Notes: a model not told the origin generated them from the letters alone. Counted from the first letter of the stretch, positions 1-12,197 are shown. The stretch: DNA of 64,000 nt from Eledone cirrhosa (GCA_964016885.1 OZ024740.1:405170001-405234000), one strand, 5' to 3'. Numbers and translations: made by a program.

Positions 1-68
1 TATTTTCTTAATCTCCTTTTTGGCAAACTAATAAGTTATAAGACATAAACAAATGACATGCACACACA

Positions 69-213
69 CTCTCTCTTTCTCTCTTTCTCTCTCTCCCTCT
101 CTCTCTTTCTTTCTCTCTCTCTCTTTCTCTCCCTCTCTCTCTTTCTTTCTCTCTCTCTCTTTCTCTCCCTCTCTCTCTTTCTTTCTCTCTCTCTCTTTCT
201 CTCTCTCTCTCTC
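69..213. repeat. (CT)n/(CTTT) compound microsatellite
   Basis: Directly visible; it explains the ERERK and SLFL ORFs. Confidence 0.95.
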
Positions 214-251
214 CAACCCTTGCTAGTAGGGAAAATGGATGTTGAATGATA

Positions 252-928
252 TCGTTTTACGTCCGTTCTTCAACACTAGCATGGGTTAGACGGGTTGTCC
301 TGTTGTGGGCAGTGTCCAGTCGGCTGACCTTGTCTTGCTCATACAGGAACTGATTCTGGCTTGATTTCTACAGCTGGATGCCCTTCCTAACACCAACCTC
401 ATTTACAGTGATGCTGGGTGCTTTTTTCCGTGGTGCCTACACGTCCACTTTACAGTGTGGGCTGGGTGCTTTTTTTGCTGTGGCACCTCCACGACCACTT
501 TGCAGTGGGAGGGTGTGGAGGCATATTGTCTATATGCTTCAGCTTGTACCTATGGGAGGTCGGGTCTTCTGTATTACTGCGTGACGCCAGAGGTCAATTG
601 GGTAAGGTCGGCCTTTATCACCTCATCCCAGGTCTTCTTGGGTCTCCTCACTCCGCGGTTTCCATCGACTTCTAGTGCTCTGCACCTTTTTATGCAGCTG
701 TCATCCTTCATACGCATCACATGTCCATACAAACGTAACCTTCTCTCCTGCACACAGCATTTGATTCCTCTTATGCTCAGTCTCTCTCAATTCGTTTATA
801 CTTTGCCGTTCATGTATAATACTATTACACATCCATCGGAGCATGCAGGCTTCATTTCTTTCTAATCTGTGCAAGTCTTCTACAGACAGAGCCCAGGTTT
901 CACTTCCATGTAACATTGCTGTTCGTAT
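252..928 (-). mobile_element. RTE LINE 3' fragment (RT C-terminus + 3' UTR)
   Basis: ORF 701-949 (AMLHGSETWAL...RLERNEACMLRWMCN) and the 3' UTR match the long copy at 49410-50110. Confidence 0.93.
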
Positions 929-941
929 GATATATATATAT

Positions 942-1278
942 GGAGGCACATGGCTTAGTGGTTAGAGCATTGGCCTTGCAATCGAAAGGTTGAGAGTTCA
1001 ATTCTCAGACCGGGTGATGTGTTGTTTCCTTGAGCAAAACACTTTATTTCACATTGCTCCAGTTTACTCAGCTGTAGAAATGCGATGATAGGGACTGGGG
1101 TCTCTATCATTACACTGCAAAGTGGTCGTGGAGGTGCCACGTCAAAAAAGCACCCAGCACTCACTGTAAATGAGGTTGGTGTTGGGAAGGGCATCCAGCT
1201 GTAGAAATCAAGCCAGAATCAGTTTCCGTCCCAGCCTTGCAAGCAGGGAAAAAGCGGATGTAAAATGAATGAAATGAA

Positions 1279-1281
<3 letters not shown>
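942..1281 (+). mobile_element. tRNA-derived SINE (head + CORE-like domain) with an RTE-derived 3' tail
   Basis: A box TGGCTTAGTGG and B box GAGTTCAATTC, then ccttgagcaaaacactt core. Positions 1113-1225 match the RTE 3' UTR (49862-50018). A second copy lies at 20989-21338. Confidence 0.88.
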
Positions 1282-1312
<31 letters not shown>

Positions 1313-1330
1313 TTTTGCGAGGTTTTTTAT

Positions 1331-2737
1331 ATGAAATCGTGTGTCGAAAACACTGATCAGGTAAGAAAAATGGTCGCACATGCAATAGGGGCTAGTATCA
1401 AAACTACCCTAAAGGGCCACATATTTAAGTTCAATGAGAAAATCTACACCCAAAATGAGGGAGCAGCCATCGGCGTCAGCATAGCTGGCGATGTTGCCAA
1501 CCTTTTCATGGTATGGTGGGAAAGGAGACTTAAAGATCTCCTTAATGAAAGCTCCATAGACCTCATCATGTACTCTCGTTATGTAGACGATATCAATATA
1601 GTTATAAGAACACCCCCACTAGAGAGCACTAACAAGTTTGATTTAGAACGTAGCACGATGGAAAGCATCCAGCAGATAGCTAATTCCATACACCAGAGTA
1701 TAACTGTAACTATAGACTTCCCTTCCAAACACCCTAACAATAGACTACCTGTATTAGACACAGAACTCTGGATCAACACTATAGACGAGAGAGCCCAAAT
1801 TCTCCACTCACACTATGCTAAACCCATGGCCTCCAAATACCTGATACTCAAAAACTCAGCAATGTCCAGTAGTGCTAAGTTTAATATTCTGATCGCAGAT
1901 TTGGTACGAGTGATGAAGAATGTGTCCAGCATGTGCGACCCAACAGAAATGGAAGGACACATCCAACACTTCATCAACCGCATGCAGTTCTCTGGCTACA
2001 ACCAAAGAGACAGAGTCAGAGTATACGAAGGAGCCATGGAAAAGTATAAGACCCTCATAGAACTGGACATGAAAGGAATTTGCCCACTATACAGGAGCAA
2101 ATCATGGAATAGCTTAGATAGGGCTAGACATAAGATAGGGAAGGCCACATCTAGGTACGACAACCAGAGATATCAGAGTGTCATGTTTGTGGACGCCACC
2201 CCTGGAGGGAAATTAGCTAACCAGTGTAGAAAGGCCCTGAGAAAGACCCACTTAAAAATAAAGGTGGTAGAAAAGCCAGGAACCACCATAAAATCCCTGA
2301 TCAGCAAAACCTACCCTTTTAAGAAAACCCACTGTACCAATAGGAAATGTATCATATGTAAGGTGAACCCCCGGATAAACTGTAAAACTAGAAACGTAGT
2401 CTATAGCATAAGATGTACAGAGGGTACTTGCAGAAACACGACAACAACATACATAGGTGAGACAGCTCGTAGCATAGGTGAAAGGATAGACCAACACTGG
2501 GGGGAACTAAAAGGACGAAAAAACGGGTCAGTACTATACGAACATGCTAGACAACATCATGACGGTAACATAGACAACATAGAAATTAGAATAATATCTA
2601 AACATAGGAATGACCCAGCAGATAGGCAAATCAGAGAGGCCAGTGAAATAGAAATTAGAAGACCAAAGCTAAACAGAAAGAATGAGTGGAACAACAACAA
2701 CACCCAAACAAACAACACTGACCTAAGAGAAGTATAA
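1331..2737 (+). CDS. Penelope-like reverse transcriptase (C-terminal part) + GIY-YIG endonuclease
   Basis: Motifs FKFNEKIYTQNEGAAIG, YSRYVDD, LPVLD, a CTNRKCIIC linker, NVVYSIRC...YIGETARSIGERIDQH, LYEHARQHH and RQIREA. 468 aa with no internal stop. Confidence 0.93.
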   Translation: MKSCVENTDQVRKMVAHAIGASIKTTLKGHIFKFNEKIYTQNEGAAIGVSIAGDVANLFMVWWERRLKDLLNESSIDLIMYSRYVDDINIVIRTPPLESTNKFDLERSTMESIQQIANSIHQSITVTIDFPSKHPNNRLPVLDTELWINTIDERAQILHSHYAKPMASKYLILKNSAMSSSAKFNILIADLVRVMKNVSSMCDPTEMEGHIQHFINRMQFSGYNQRDRVRVYEGAMEKYKTLIELDMKGICPLYRSKSWNSLDRARHKIGKATSRYDNQRYQSVMFVDATPGGKLANQCRKALRKTHLKIKVVEKPGTTIKSLISKTYPFKKTHCTNRKCIICKVNPRINCKTRNVVYSIRCTEGTCRNTTTTYIGETARSIGERIDQHWGELKGRKNGSVLYEHARQHHDGNIDNIEIRIISKHRNDPADRQIREASEIEIRRPKLNRKNEWNNNNTQTNNTDLREV

Positions 2738-3010
2738 ATAAATAAGTAAACTAAATTAAATAAAATAAGATAAATAAATACATACACAAGCACATAAACA
2801 CACACTAGTCACCCAGCAGACACAACACTATACACACTAGTCACACATCACACATAACACTATACACACACGCAAACGCATGCGCAAAGAAGACAAAATA
2901 AAATAAGATAAACAAACAAGCAAATAAATAAATAAATATATAGACAGACTGAACAAAAAAAAAAAAAATGGCGTAGACATACAACACAACAGGAGGAACA
3001 ATGAATATAA

Positions 3011-3053
3011 CACCACTGACGATGTTGCAGATGTGCAACGAAAGATTTATGTA
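3011..3053 (+). ncRNA. Minimal hammerhead ribozyme motif in Penelope pLTR (stems I/III weak)
   Basis: CTGACGA (3016-3022) T GTTGCA-gatg-TGCAAC GAAA (3040-3043), then GATTTA TG. Stem II is perfect. Confidence 0.65.
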
Positions 3054-3256
3054 AACTATATATATATGTGTTTGTCTATATTGTATCTGTATTATTTTTG
3101 ACCGCCGGTCAGTCAATGGCAACATTGAGGACCGAGTAAGTTAGATCGCAGATATATATATATAAAAGACAGCGAGAAGCGAAAACCAACCAAACAGTGA
3201 GTGTGTTCTGTTATTAATTCTGGCAATATTACGCAAATATGACCCTCCCCAAATAT

Positions 3257-3293
<37 letters not shown>

Positions 3294-3744
3294 AAAAAAG
3301 GAAAAGAATGACTTCACTTGTAGTTCTAAACAATTTGATTTAATTTTATAATATTATAATATCCTGTACCAAGGATTTCACACATTTTCCAATATATATA
3401 TATCCGCACGCACGCTACACGCACACACAATATCCATCTACCAAATTTCACTCACAAGCCACTGGTCAACCCGAAGCTATAGTAGAAGATACAGCTATGA
3501 AATATTAATTAAAGTTACTAGCTAGCAGAGAGAATGAATGTTTAATGATGAGGATGAAATTTTCCAAATGTTGGTTTAAAAAAAAAACTAAATAAATAAA
3601 TAAACTGGGGAAGACAACCATGAAATTTTAATTTATCAAAATCAATTAAATAGAGGATGCAATGAGGATTGAGACCAATATTTAGCAATATGGCAATAGT
3701 ATTGCTCTTTGAAGTGTAAAAATTAATGTTTTATTTCATCATAA

Positions 3745-4080
3745 TTCTACATCCGCTTTTACCTGCTTGCAAAGGTAGGACAGGTCCTATTAAGTACGAC
3801 ATCTCTTCACTTGTCACGGTCCTTCGTCATCTCCTTCGTGAGCTTCAGCAATCAGAGGTCTGCTCTCACCACCTCCGCCCATGTTTTTCTTGGTCTTCCT
3901 CTATTGCGTCTTCCTTCTACAGGCATTTCTTGGCACTTCTTTACCCAGCGATCATCCTCCATGTGCATCACATGTCCATACCATCACAGTCTTCTCTCTT
4001 GCACACTACAGCTTATCCCTCTTAAACATGGCCCGTCTCTCAACACATCCATGCTCGGTCACTCACTCGCATTGACATTG
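3745..4080 (-). mobile_element. Degenerate RTE LINE 3' fragment (second subfamily)
   Basis: Reverse strand resembles VQERRL.WYGHVMHMED...RGRPRKTW. Terminal sequence catccgctttacctgcttgcaa. Confidence 0.75.
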
Positions 4081-4689
4081 AAATCTTCTATATTAATAAT
4101 TATATATTAATTTTTTCTAGCATTTGAATGTCCTTCATAATATTAATTAATCAATTGGGAGTGGAATTTGTTAATCAAGCAGATTGAAACAAGTAAAGTA
4201 ATCTCCTTTGCCTCAAGGGTACAATGGAACGGCTCTCTCTCTATATATATCTATATATATATTTTTTTTTGCTAGTCTCAGTCATTGGACTGGGGCCATG
4301 CTGGAGCACTACTTCGATTGATTTCAGTTGATCATATCAACTTCAGTACTTATTTTTAAATCTGGTACTTATATTATTAATCTCTATTTGTCAAGCTACT
4401 AAGTTAGTGGACATAAACAAACAGCACTGATTGTTTAGTGGTGTTAACACAAATAGAAACTTGGGGACAAAAACACATACATACATACATACATACATAC
4501 ATACACAGTTACCAAATTTCATTCACAAGGTATTGGTTAACCTGAGGCTATAGTAAACACTTGTTCATGCTACCACGCAGTGAGATTGAACCCCAAACCA
4601 CAAGATTGGGAAAAAAACTCCCTGGCTACACAGTTGTACTCAACCACACCTGCACTTGTCATTTTTTTACTGTTAGGCAGTGCCCAAGG

Positions 4690-4945
4690 CCCTTTTCAGA
4701 GTCTCCATGACTGGCGGGAAAAAGGAAGCTATCTTTAATCCACAGACTCCTCCATACACACACGTGCACATGTGCACACGCGCATATGCGCACACACACA
4801 CACACACACACATCTGTGTATATCATGACTCGCACACTGTTCACTTTCCTGATATTTGTACATTATTCTATGTACTATACATGCACCTTTGATGAGTTGT
4901 AATGCACCTGAGTACTGTATGCAATAATTTTCATTTTCATTATCA
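4690..4945 (+). mobile_element. CR1-type LINE 3' UTR fragment
   Basis: Matches the reverse complement of 25320-25460 (cactgttcacttt..gcacctgag..ctgtat). Confidence 0.75.
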
Positions 4946-5495
4946 AATGCTTGCAACAGAGTGAACTCGACTAAAGGCACCCAAGAGCATGGTGGTGGTG
5001 GTTGTACTAAACAAACCAGGTGATAGTTTAGTCTTCCACATTGCCTGTTATATATAGTAGAATATCATTGCAATATTCTGCTTCAAAAAAGGAAGTAATA
5101 ATCTCAAGGTCAGCCTTGAGTTTTGCACAGACCTATATAGCACTAGATGTGATCTTCATACTCATTGTTCCAGATATATCTGTCATCTATCTTCTACATT
5201 TTAACATAGAGTAGTTTATCATAGGTGAATTAACTGGCATTAAAACACAGAACAAAATAATTTGTGATATTTATTCTAGCTCTCTGTGCTCTGAGTTCAA
5301 ATCCCACTGAGATCAACTTTGCCTTTCATCCTTTTAGGATTGATAAAATAATGTACCAGTAAATTGGTAAAATTATTAGTGTAAGGCAAGATACCTTGCA
5401 GTATTAAATTTTGGATCTTTAGATCTTTGGATTCAGGGCTCAATTTCTTGCTGTCACCTACTTGGGTGATAGATGTAATACAATGCCTTGTTTAA

Positions 5496-5713
5496 ACCTT
5501 TAACATTTAAACCAGCCATATCTGACCAGAATTCTCTCACCTCTTTCTGTTCAAACTGACCATAGCAGGCCACACATACTGATATTAAGGTATTGTTCTC
5601 AAAATAAATAATATCAATCTCATAGATTCAATATTTTGCGAAATAATTATGTAAGATAAAGCCTTTACCATGAAAATACAATAGTATATAGAGAGTAATG
5701 TAAATGCTAAAGG
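5496..5713 (+). mobile_element. piggyBac-type MITE family A
   Basis: TTAA flanks and CCCTTTAGCATTT-like terminal inverted repeats; many copies in the window. Confidence 0.8.
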
Positions 5714-6011
5714 GTTAACATCTCCTACTTAGCTAAAAATGGCACTTCAGATCGAAATGGTTCCCAATTCCTTGTCTAGACTGTGAGAAGTATCTTTATG
5801 GCAGGTGAATAGTGGTTTTCTGGGAGTGCTACAGACATGTTAGGGTGTGCATACAGTGGTAAGTATTGTGACAGTTGGAACTTGCAGCATCAACAGACAG
5901 TGCCATTTACATATCCAGATGGTCTTTGTCTGGAAATGTTTGTTACTCTAATATTATAATCCCTAGTTTCTCACTTTTCTATTATAGTATGGTATATGGT
6001 TACTTAGCAAT

Positions 6012-6328
6012 CTCTCTCTCTTTATTGCCTTCTTCCCCTCTCTCTCTATTGCCTTCTTCCCCTCTCTCTCTATTGCCTTCTTCCCCTCTCTCTCTATTGC
6101 CTTCTTTCTCTCTCTCTCTATTGCCTTCTTTCTCTCTCTCTCTATTGGTTTCTCTCTCTTTTTCTCTCTCTCTTTTTCTCTTTTTCTCTCTCTCTTTTTC
6201 TCTCTCTTTTTCTCTCTTTTTCTCTTTTTATCTCTCTTTATCTCTCTTTTTCTCTCTCTTTATCTCTCTCTCTTTATCTCTCCCTCTTTATCTCTCTCTC
6301 TCTCTCATTATCTCTCTCTCTCTCTCAT
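6012..6328. repeat. (CT)n tract with about 5 copies of a 24-bp unit ctattgccttcttcccctctctct
   Basis: Directly visible. Confidence 0.9.
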
Positions 6329-7147
6329 TATAAAACAAGCAAAAGATCAACCACCACCATCTCAGAATGATGTATACAATATCAATAACAACGATGATGA
6401 GTTAAGCTGGATATATATTTACTTAGTGGTGGCCCTTGCCTAGACATGTACAGTCATAACACGAGCCAGTGTTTGTCATACAACCTATATTATTACACAT
6501 ACTTTCCACATCCATAGACCTGCCGGAGAAAATCTGAGTTAATGATATGGAATAATAGATATAAAAGAAATGAATCTTGATCATGATTATGTCCATCATC
6601 ATCATCATGTTGCATTGAAAATCATGTTTAAACACTTAATCTGGTACTTCTACTAAATCTGGTGAACTTGCAATAAACTATGATCATTTATTTATTTAAT
6701 TTTAATAACAGCAATATATCACTTAAGACAGAAAATTGGGTTGTTGAAACATGAGGATGCGTTGTGGTAGTCATTCTGGTCATCTAACACACTCGGTTCA
6801 AATCCTACTGAAGTCAATTTTTGCCTTTCATCCTTTTAGGTCAATAAAAAAAGTACCAGTTTAGCACTAGGGTTGATTTGTCCTCTCTATCACTCTTTCT
6901 CATCTCCTCTGGATGAGATTATCTGTGTTCAGACTTGGAAAGGAGATGGGATGACCCAGGTTTAAAATACCCAAGACATACTGTATGTCACTATAGCACT
7001 TCTGATTTCATTAGGAGTTACAGATCCATACAAATACAACATATTTATCATAATATTTAGATAACTTGAATTGTCTTTCTGAGAAAAGAGGGCAAATTCA
7101 TTTTGAGCAAACAAATATTGTTTTAAAGGTTGTAGTACATGCTTTAT

Positions 7148-7352
7148 CCCATTAATGTTCAAACCGCCAGAATTCTCTACCTCTTTCTGTTGAAACTGGC
7201 TGTAACTGGTCACTCAAACTGATAAGGTATTGTTCTCAAAATAAATACTTTCAAAATCTCATAGATTCGATATTGTGTGAGATATTATGTGAAGTAAAGC
7301 CTTTACCATGAAAATATAATAGTATATATAGAGTAATGTGAATGCTAAAGGG
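7148..7352 (+). mobile_element. piggyBac-type MITE family A
   Basis: Same internal sequence as other copies (gaattctc..ctgttgaaactggc..aatgctaaaggg). Confidence 0.75.
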
Positions 7353-7512
7353 TTATACTACTATCAGCAATGGAAAGAACAATAGAAACAATGTTACATT
7401 GTCCAATCTGATGGTTGACTCCTTTTCTTTCCATTTTATAAATAACAGCACAATAAGCATTTCTAAGGCTTTCTGAGTCCCATGATAAGCTTCCCCATTT
7501 TGTCATCTATAT

Positions 7513-7803
7513 ATATAGACAATATGCCCCCATCCCACTGCAAAGTGGTCGTGGAGGTGCCATGGCAAAAAAGCACCCAGCCCACACTGTAAAGTGGACG
7601 TGTAGGCACCATGGAAAAAAAAGCACCCAGCACTCACTGTAAATGAGGTTGGTGTTAGGAAGGGCATCCAGCTGTAGAAATCAAGCCAGAATCGGTTCCC
7701 ATATGAGCAAGACAAGGTCAACTGACCAGACACTGCCCACAAGAGGACAACCCATGTAACCCATTCTAGTGTGGAAGAACGGACGTAAAACGATGATGAT
7801 GAT
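7513..7803 (+). mobile_element. RTE LINE 3' UTR fragment ending in (GAT)n
   Basis: Matches 49840-50135. Confidence 0.9.
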
Positions 7804-8682
7804 CTCCTCTCATCATCCTTTGGCTTTCATTTCCTCCTCCATCATCTTTAGAAATGTCTTCCTTGGTCTTCCTCTTTCTCTACCTACTTCCACATCCATT
7901 TCTATCACTTCTCTTAGTCATATTCATCCTTCACCACATGGCCCAAGCATCTCATTCTATTTCTTTTCTCAACATTATCACTAACTCTATTCCCATTATA
8001 ATCAAATGTGTTAATATTTTCTTTGCAATTAACTCAGACACTTCATGACTTAATTGTGTTATGGAGGTGTTTTCATGGATATGTCATTTGAGAAATATTG
8101 CTGCTTATATAAAGACTCTTTTAAAAATGCTAACTTGTCTAACTACAGAGACCCTTTCGGTTCTTTATATTCCTTATGCTTGGTCAAATAATGACATTCA
8201 ACATTGTAAACAGCAATGATATCCTTACAAATAAGCCACACACTTTCCATTTACTTTTATGAAAAAATAATTGCTATTTGTCCATTTTTCATTGAACAAG
8301 CAACTGTCAACAGCAAAATTTTCCTTTTATTAATACTACCCTGAACACATTATCCTAAAGACAGCATGTATAGCATTATCATATATTTTATATGGTAATT
8401 AATTAGTGTGTGTTCTGTTGCTCTTCACATTTCTCATGATACTATTTATTCAACCACCTCAGAATAGTGGATTGGCAGAGTCGATAGTCAGACTAACGCT
8501 TAACTGTATATGCTCTGGTTCTTTACATTAAGTTCAAATCCCATCAATGTCAACTTTATTGTTTCACTCTGAGAAACATAAAGTACCAGTCATGTACTCG
8601 AGTCTAGGTAATCAACCTCCCCTTCTCATGAGCTGTTGGCCTTATGCCTAAATTAGAAATCATTATTTATTCAACCTCCTTA

Positions 8683-8900
8683 GGGTGGTGGATTGGCAGT
8701 ATCGGTAGAGAGTGGGACACCATGCTTTGCAGCATAGAGTTACGGCCCTTTACGATCTGAGTTCAAATCCCGCTGAGGTTAACTTTGCCTTTCATCCTTA
8801 TGGGGTCGATAAAATAAAGTACCAGTCAATCACTAGTCGATTTAATCGACTTTCCCCTCCCCCAAAATTGCTGGCCTTGTGCCTATATAAGAAATCCTTA
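8683..8900 (+). mobile_element. tRNA-derived SINE family A
   Basis: TGGCAGTATCGG A box, GAGTTCAAATCC B box and aactttgcctttcatcct..gataaaataaagtaccagt body. A degenerate copy lies at about 8465-8665. Confidence 0.88.
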
Positions 8901-9127
8901 TTTATTTAACCACCTACCAACAGCCAGCATGTAGCCATCCTTCTCTCCTTAATTATTTGCTTCCATCTTTTGTATATCAGGGACTGCACTTTCTAATGTA
9001 TCCTTTCATTTTTAGGTAATAGGGTGCAATTTCAAGGGTCTTTGGCTGCTGTTTCTAGTTGCTAGATCTCCCATGTAAAGCAGGTGTAGAATGCCTATGG
9101 CTTGTGTGCTAATATTAACATGATACT

Positions 9128-9348
9128 AGGGCGGTGGATTGGCAGTATCGGTAGAAGGTTGGACACAATGCTTTGCAGCACAGTTACAGCTCTTTATGAT
9201 CTGAGTTCAAATCCCGCCGAGATTAACTTTACCTTTCATCCTTACGGTGTTGATAAAATAAAGTACCAGTCATGCACTGGGGTAGATTTAATCGACTTTC
9301 CCCTCTTCCCAAATTGCTGGCCTTATGCCTATATAAGAAACCAATATT
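9128..9348 (+). mobile_element. tRNA-derived SINE family A
   Basis: Near-identical to the 8683-8900 copy. Confidence 0.88.
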
Positions 9349-9865
9349 AACACATAAAAACATTTTACTGGTATGTGTACTGGAGATATTGTATTGTGGC
9401 TTCAGTATGATCAGATTTTTGTTAGTAATTATATTTTTCAAATATTGGTAACTTTATATTTATTAGTTGTCACTTCAAAAAGTTAAATAAGAATGTTCCT
9501 TAGTAACAAATCACAATATGTCTATTACATTGATCTGTGAGTTTACTGATATTACCTATGATTAACTCTATATCATCAAAGAAACTGTTTGGAGGTGAGA
9601 GGCACTTTGATCTAGTATTTTCTATTTTGTCATTTTATAGAATTAATATAGCACCTTGACAACAAAGTAAAGTGATTTGTTTTTGCTTTGGGCATATATA
9701 AATATTCTGTACAGATACTTTATAATCCATAGATAATGTTGATAAATACCTTGAACTGAGCAACTTATAATATTGTTACAACTAACATGCTATGCAGTTT
9801 TTGCTTTACAAAGACATAACTGCCAAAAATACTTATTAAAAACAAATAGTTTGACATTGGGGTAA

Positions 9866-10100
9866 CTACTTTTGATACCAAACTGCCTATGGTTCTATGA
9901 CTGTTTATCTTAGTGTTTATATTTATTTAAAATCCTCCCATCAAAATTCTATTTAAGAACCTTTAAGTTATGATTGAAAGCCCAGTTTGAAGAGAAAGTT
10001 AAGTTATACAACTAAATCACTCCAGATTTTTTATCATTGTCAAAAGAATTTTAAATCATAGGCAGTGTCTCTTAATAAAAAATATCTTAATGAAAGTGTA
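9866..10100 (+). mobile_element. piggyBac-type MITE family B (degenerate)
   Basis: cttttgataccaaa start; body similar to 41053-41259 and 52868-53092. Confidence 0.6.
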
Positions 10101-11020
10101 AGTAGTTTATAAGGGAGGAGAGGTGCCAGTCTTACATCTTGTCACTGCAAACCATCAGGTCACTAGAGAAATATTTATATTTGGATCAGGACACTTCTGA
10201 TTACCAGAAGTGATTAGATGATCATTCCTTCTTAGAGCTTTGATAAAGGAGGGTGTTAATGTGCACATTCTTCTGTTCATAAGACATTAGGTATGTTTTA
10301 ATTTTAGCAGTGACCAGCTACTATACTGTGTGTATCTGGTTTAGAATAGGTACAACATATCCCTGAATATCTTAAGAAATCTGCAACTTATTAATAGATA
10401 TTGTGTGTATCCAGTTTACACCCTGTCCCTTATGTCATAAAACATTTCAGAAAGTACCCCATCAGTATGATTAAGTCTGTAATAGAGCCCACAAGACTTA
10501 CTCCAGCTTTAACAAAAACATTTGTTGTTAGCTATTAGTCAGAATTGTTTGTTAATGACTGAATGATAAGTTTTCTGATTAGTTAGTTGGTAAGTCCCTG
10601 ATTAATCGAAATATGTTGAGTGAGTAATGGAATATCATAGTAATTTAACTAACTTCCTCATTAAGTTAGAGTTTAGAACATAACTTAAGAAAATGTTCTT
10701 ACTAAAAAAATTATAATGAAAGGTTTAAATTTAAAGATGGCCACTTTAAATCACACAGTTTTTCATCATAGAATCAGGGGCAGTTTCAGGAAGGCTGGTA
10801 ACAAAAGGACTAAAAATAATTACAGCTAGAATGCACTCTTTCTTTTTTATGGTTTTCCAAAAGAGGAAAAAAATTATTTGGTGTTATTTGCCATTGTGTA
10901 GGAACACGGAATGATAAAATATTAAAGTTGAAAACAAATATATCAGAACAGCTATCAAAAGATATTGCTTTATTTGAATTCATTTCCACTTGAAATGTGT
11001 GTATCCCAACACAAATGACC

Positions 11021-11298
11021 ATAATCGTTTCTACTTTTGGCACAAAGCCAGCAATTATCCCAGTGCATTACTGGTACTTTACTTTATCGACGCTGTAAGG
11101 ATGACCATGATAATAATTATTTCTACTTTTGGCACAAGGCCAGCAATTATCCCAGTGTATTATTGGTACTTTATTTATCGACCCTGTAAGGATGAAAGGC
11201 AAAGTTAACCTCGGCGGGATTTGAACTCAGACCATAAAGGGCCATAACTCTTTGTTGCAAAGCATGGCATCCGACCCTCTACCGATACTGCCAATCCA
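11021..11298 (-). mobile_element. SINE family A, full copy plus duplicated 3' part
   Basis: Reverse complement of the family consensus; tail duplicated at 11021-11105. Confidence 0.85.
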
Positions 11299-11624
11299 GT
11301 CAATCACTATAGAGAAAATTGGGTTTGATTCCTTGAGTCATCTGTCCACTTTCTCTATTTCCAGGGGTACTTGATTTTTTTAATAATTAATATTTGCACA
11401 TTTGCATTGGGATGCACATATCTCAAATTGCAAACTTCCCCAATACTTCTGAAGCTAACAGCTTTGTTCACACTCCTTTCCATTTGTTTAATTGAGAACA
11501 TATGTTAAGCTGATCATTATTGCTCGATTTTGTGATAATGGTTAAACGTGAATAATTCAGTGATGTTACCTTAGCATATCAGAGAAACTGAAATATGTAA
11601 TGCAGTATTAAATGAATTGTGTAA

Positions 11625-12130
11625 TTGACAGATGACCTTTCAAAACTAGTTTCTGTGGCAACCAATAATATGCTGAGCATATCTGGTAGTAGAGATACAA
11701 GTTTTGTAAATTTTTACAAAATCTGCTGGGCATTCACTCTTAGCCTTTCATTCTATTGTACACAAGGAGGCTTCGTGTTTAAAAGCTGGCTTTCAGGAAC
11801 TTGAAGATGTGATTAAAATTGTGATTAAGGCAATTTATTTTATGTATGTGCATACTTTGAAGACAATTTCAGACTTTTTTTTAGTGATATGAAATAGGTG
11901 TGCACAGGGCTACTATGTACGTTTGTTGGCTTAGTCAAGATTCTGTTTTTATATGATTTGTTGAATGTTCCAATAAAATTTTTGTTCTTGACAAAATTAT
12001 AATTTCATTGTCAAGAATTATCTGAAAATAGCTGGATTTTTTTTTTTTTTTTTTTTTAAAGATATTTCTCTTCATATTCCAATTATCTGAACACCAGTTT
12101 ATAGGGATCTGGCAAAACATTTGATGTTAT
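11625..12130 (+). pseudogene. Heavily decayed hAT transposase fragment (SPIN/GTF2IRD2-like)
   Basis: Frameshifted translation gives KLVSVAT..., FHSIVHKEASCLK...VIKIVIKAIYF, RQFQTF and CWLSQ. These correspond to KLVSxTTDGA, HCIIHQEALC and RWLS. Confidence 0.6.
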
Positions 12131-12197
12131 GCTTGATAACATAAAAGTGGTGGAAGTAAGACTAACATTTTTACAGTGAGATGTCAGCAATAGTATC

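Larger units (their letters stand above)
1309..3151 (+). mobile_element. 5'-truncated Penelope-like retroelement (C-terminal EN) inserted in (TA)n
   Basis: RT + GIY-YIG ORF. The 3' pLTR-like region has a hammerhead core at 3016-3043 and a GTAAGT donor near 3136. (TA)n runs lie at 1282-1308, 3152-3163 and 3262-3290. Confidence 0.88.

Noticed and set aside
948-1012. tRNA gene-like A/B boxes (also at 50508, 52303 and in family A heads)
   Set aside because: They continue into SINE bodies and are multi-copy and divergent, so they are SINE heads rather than tRNA genes.
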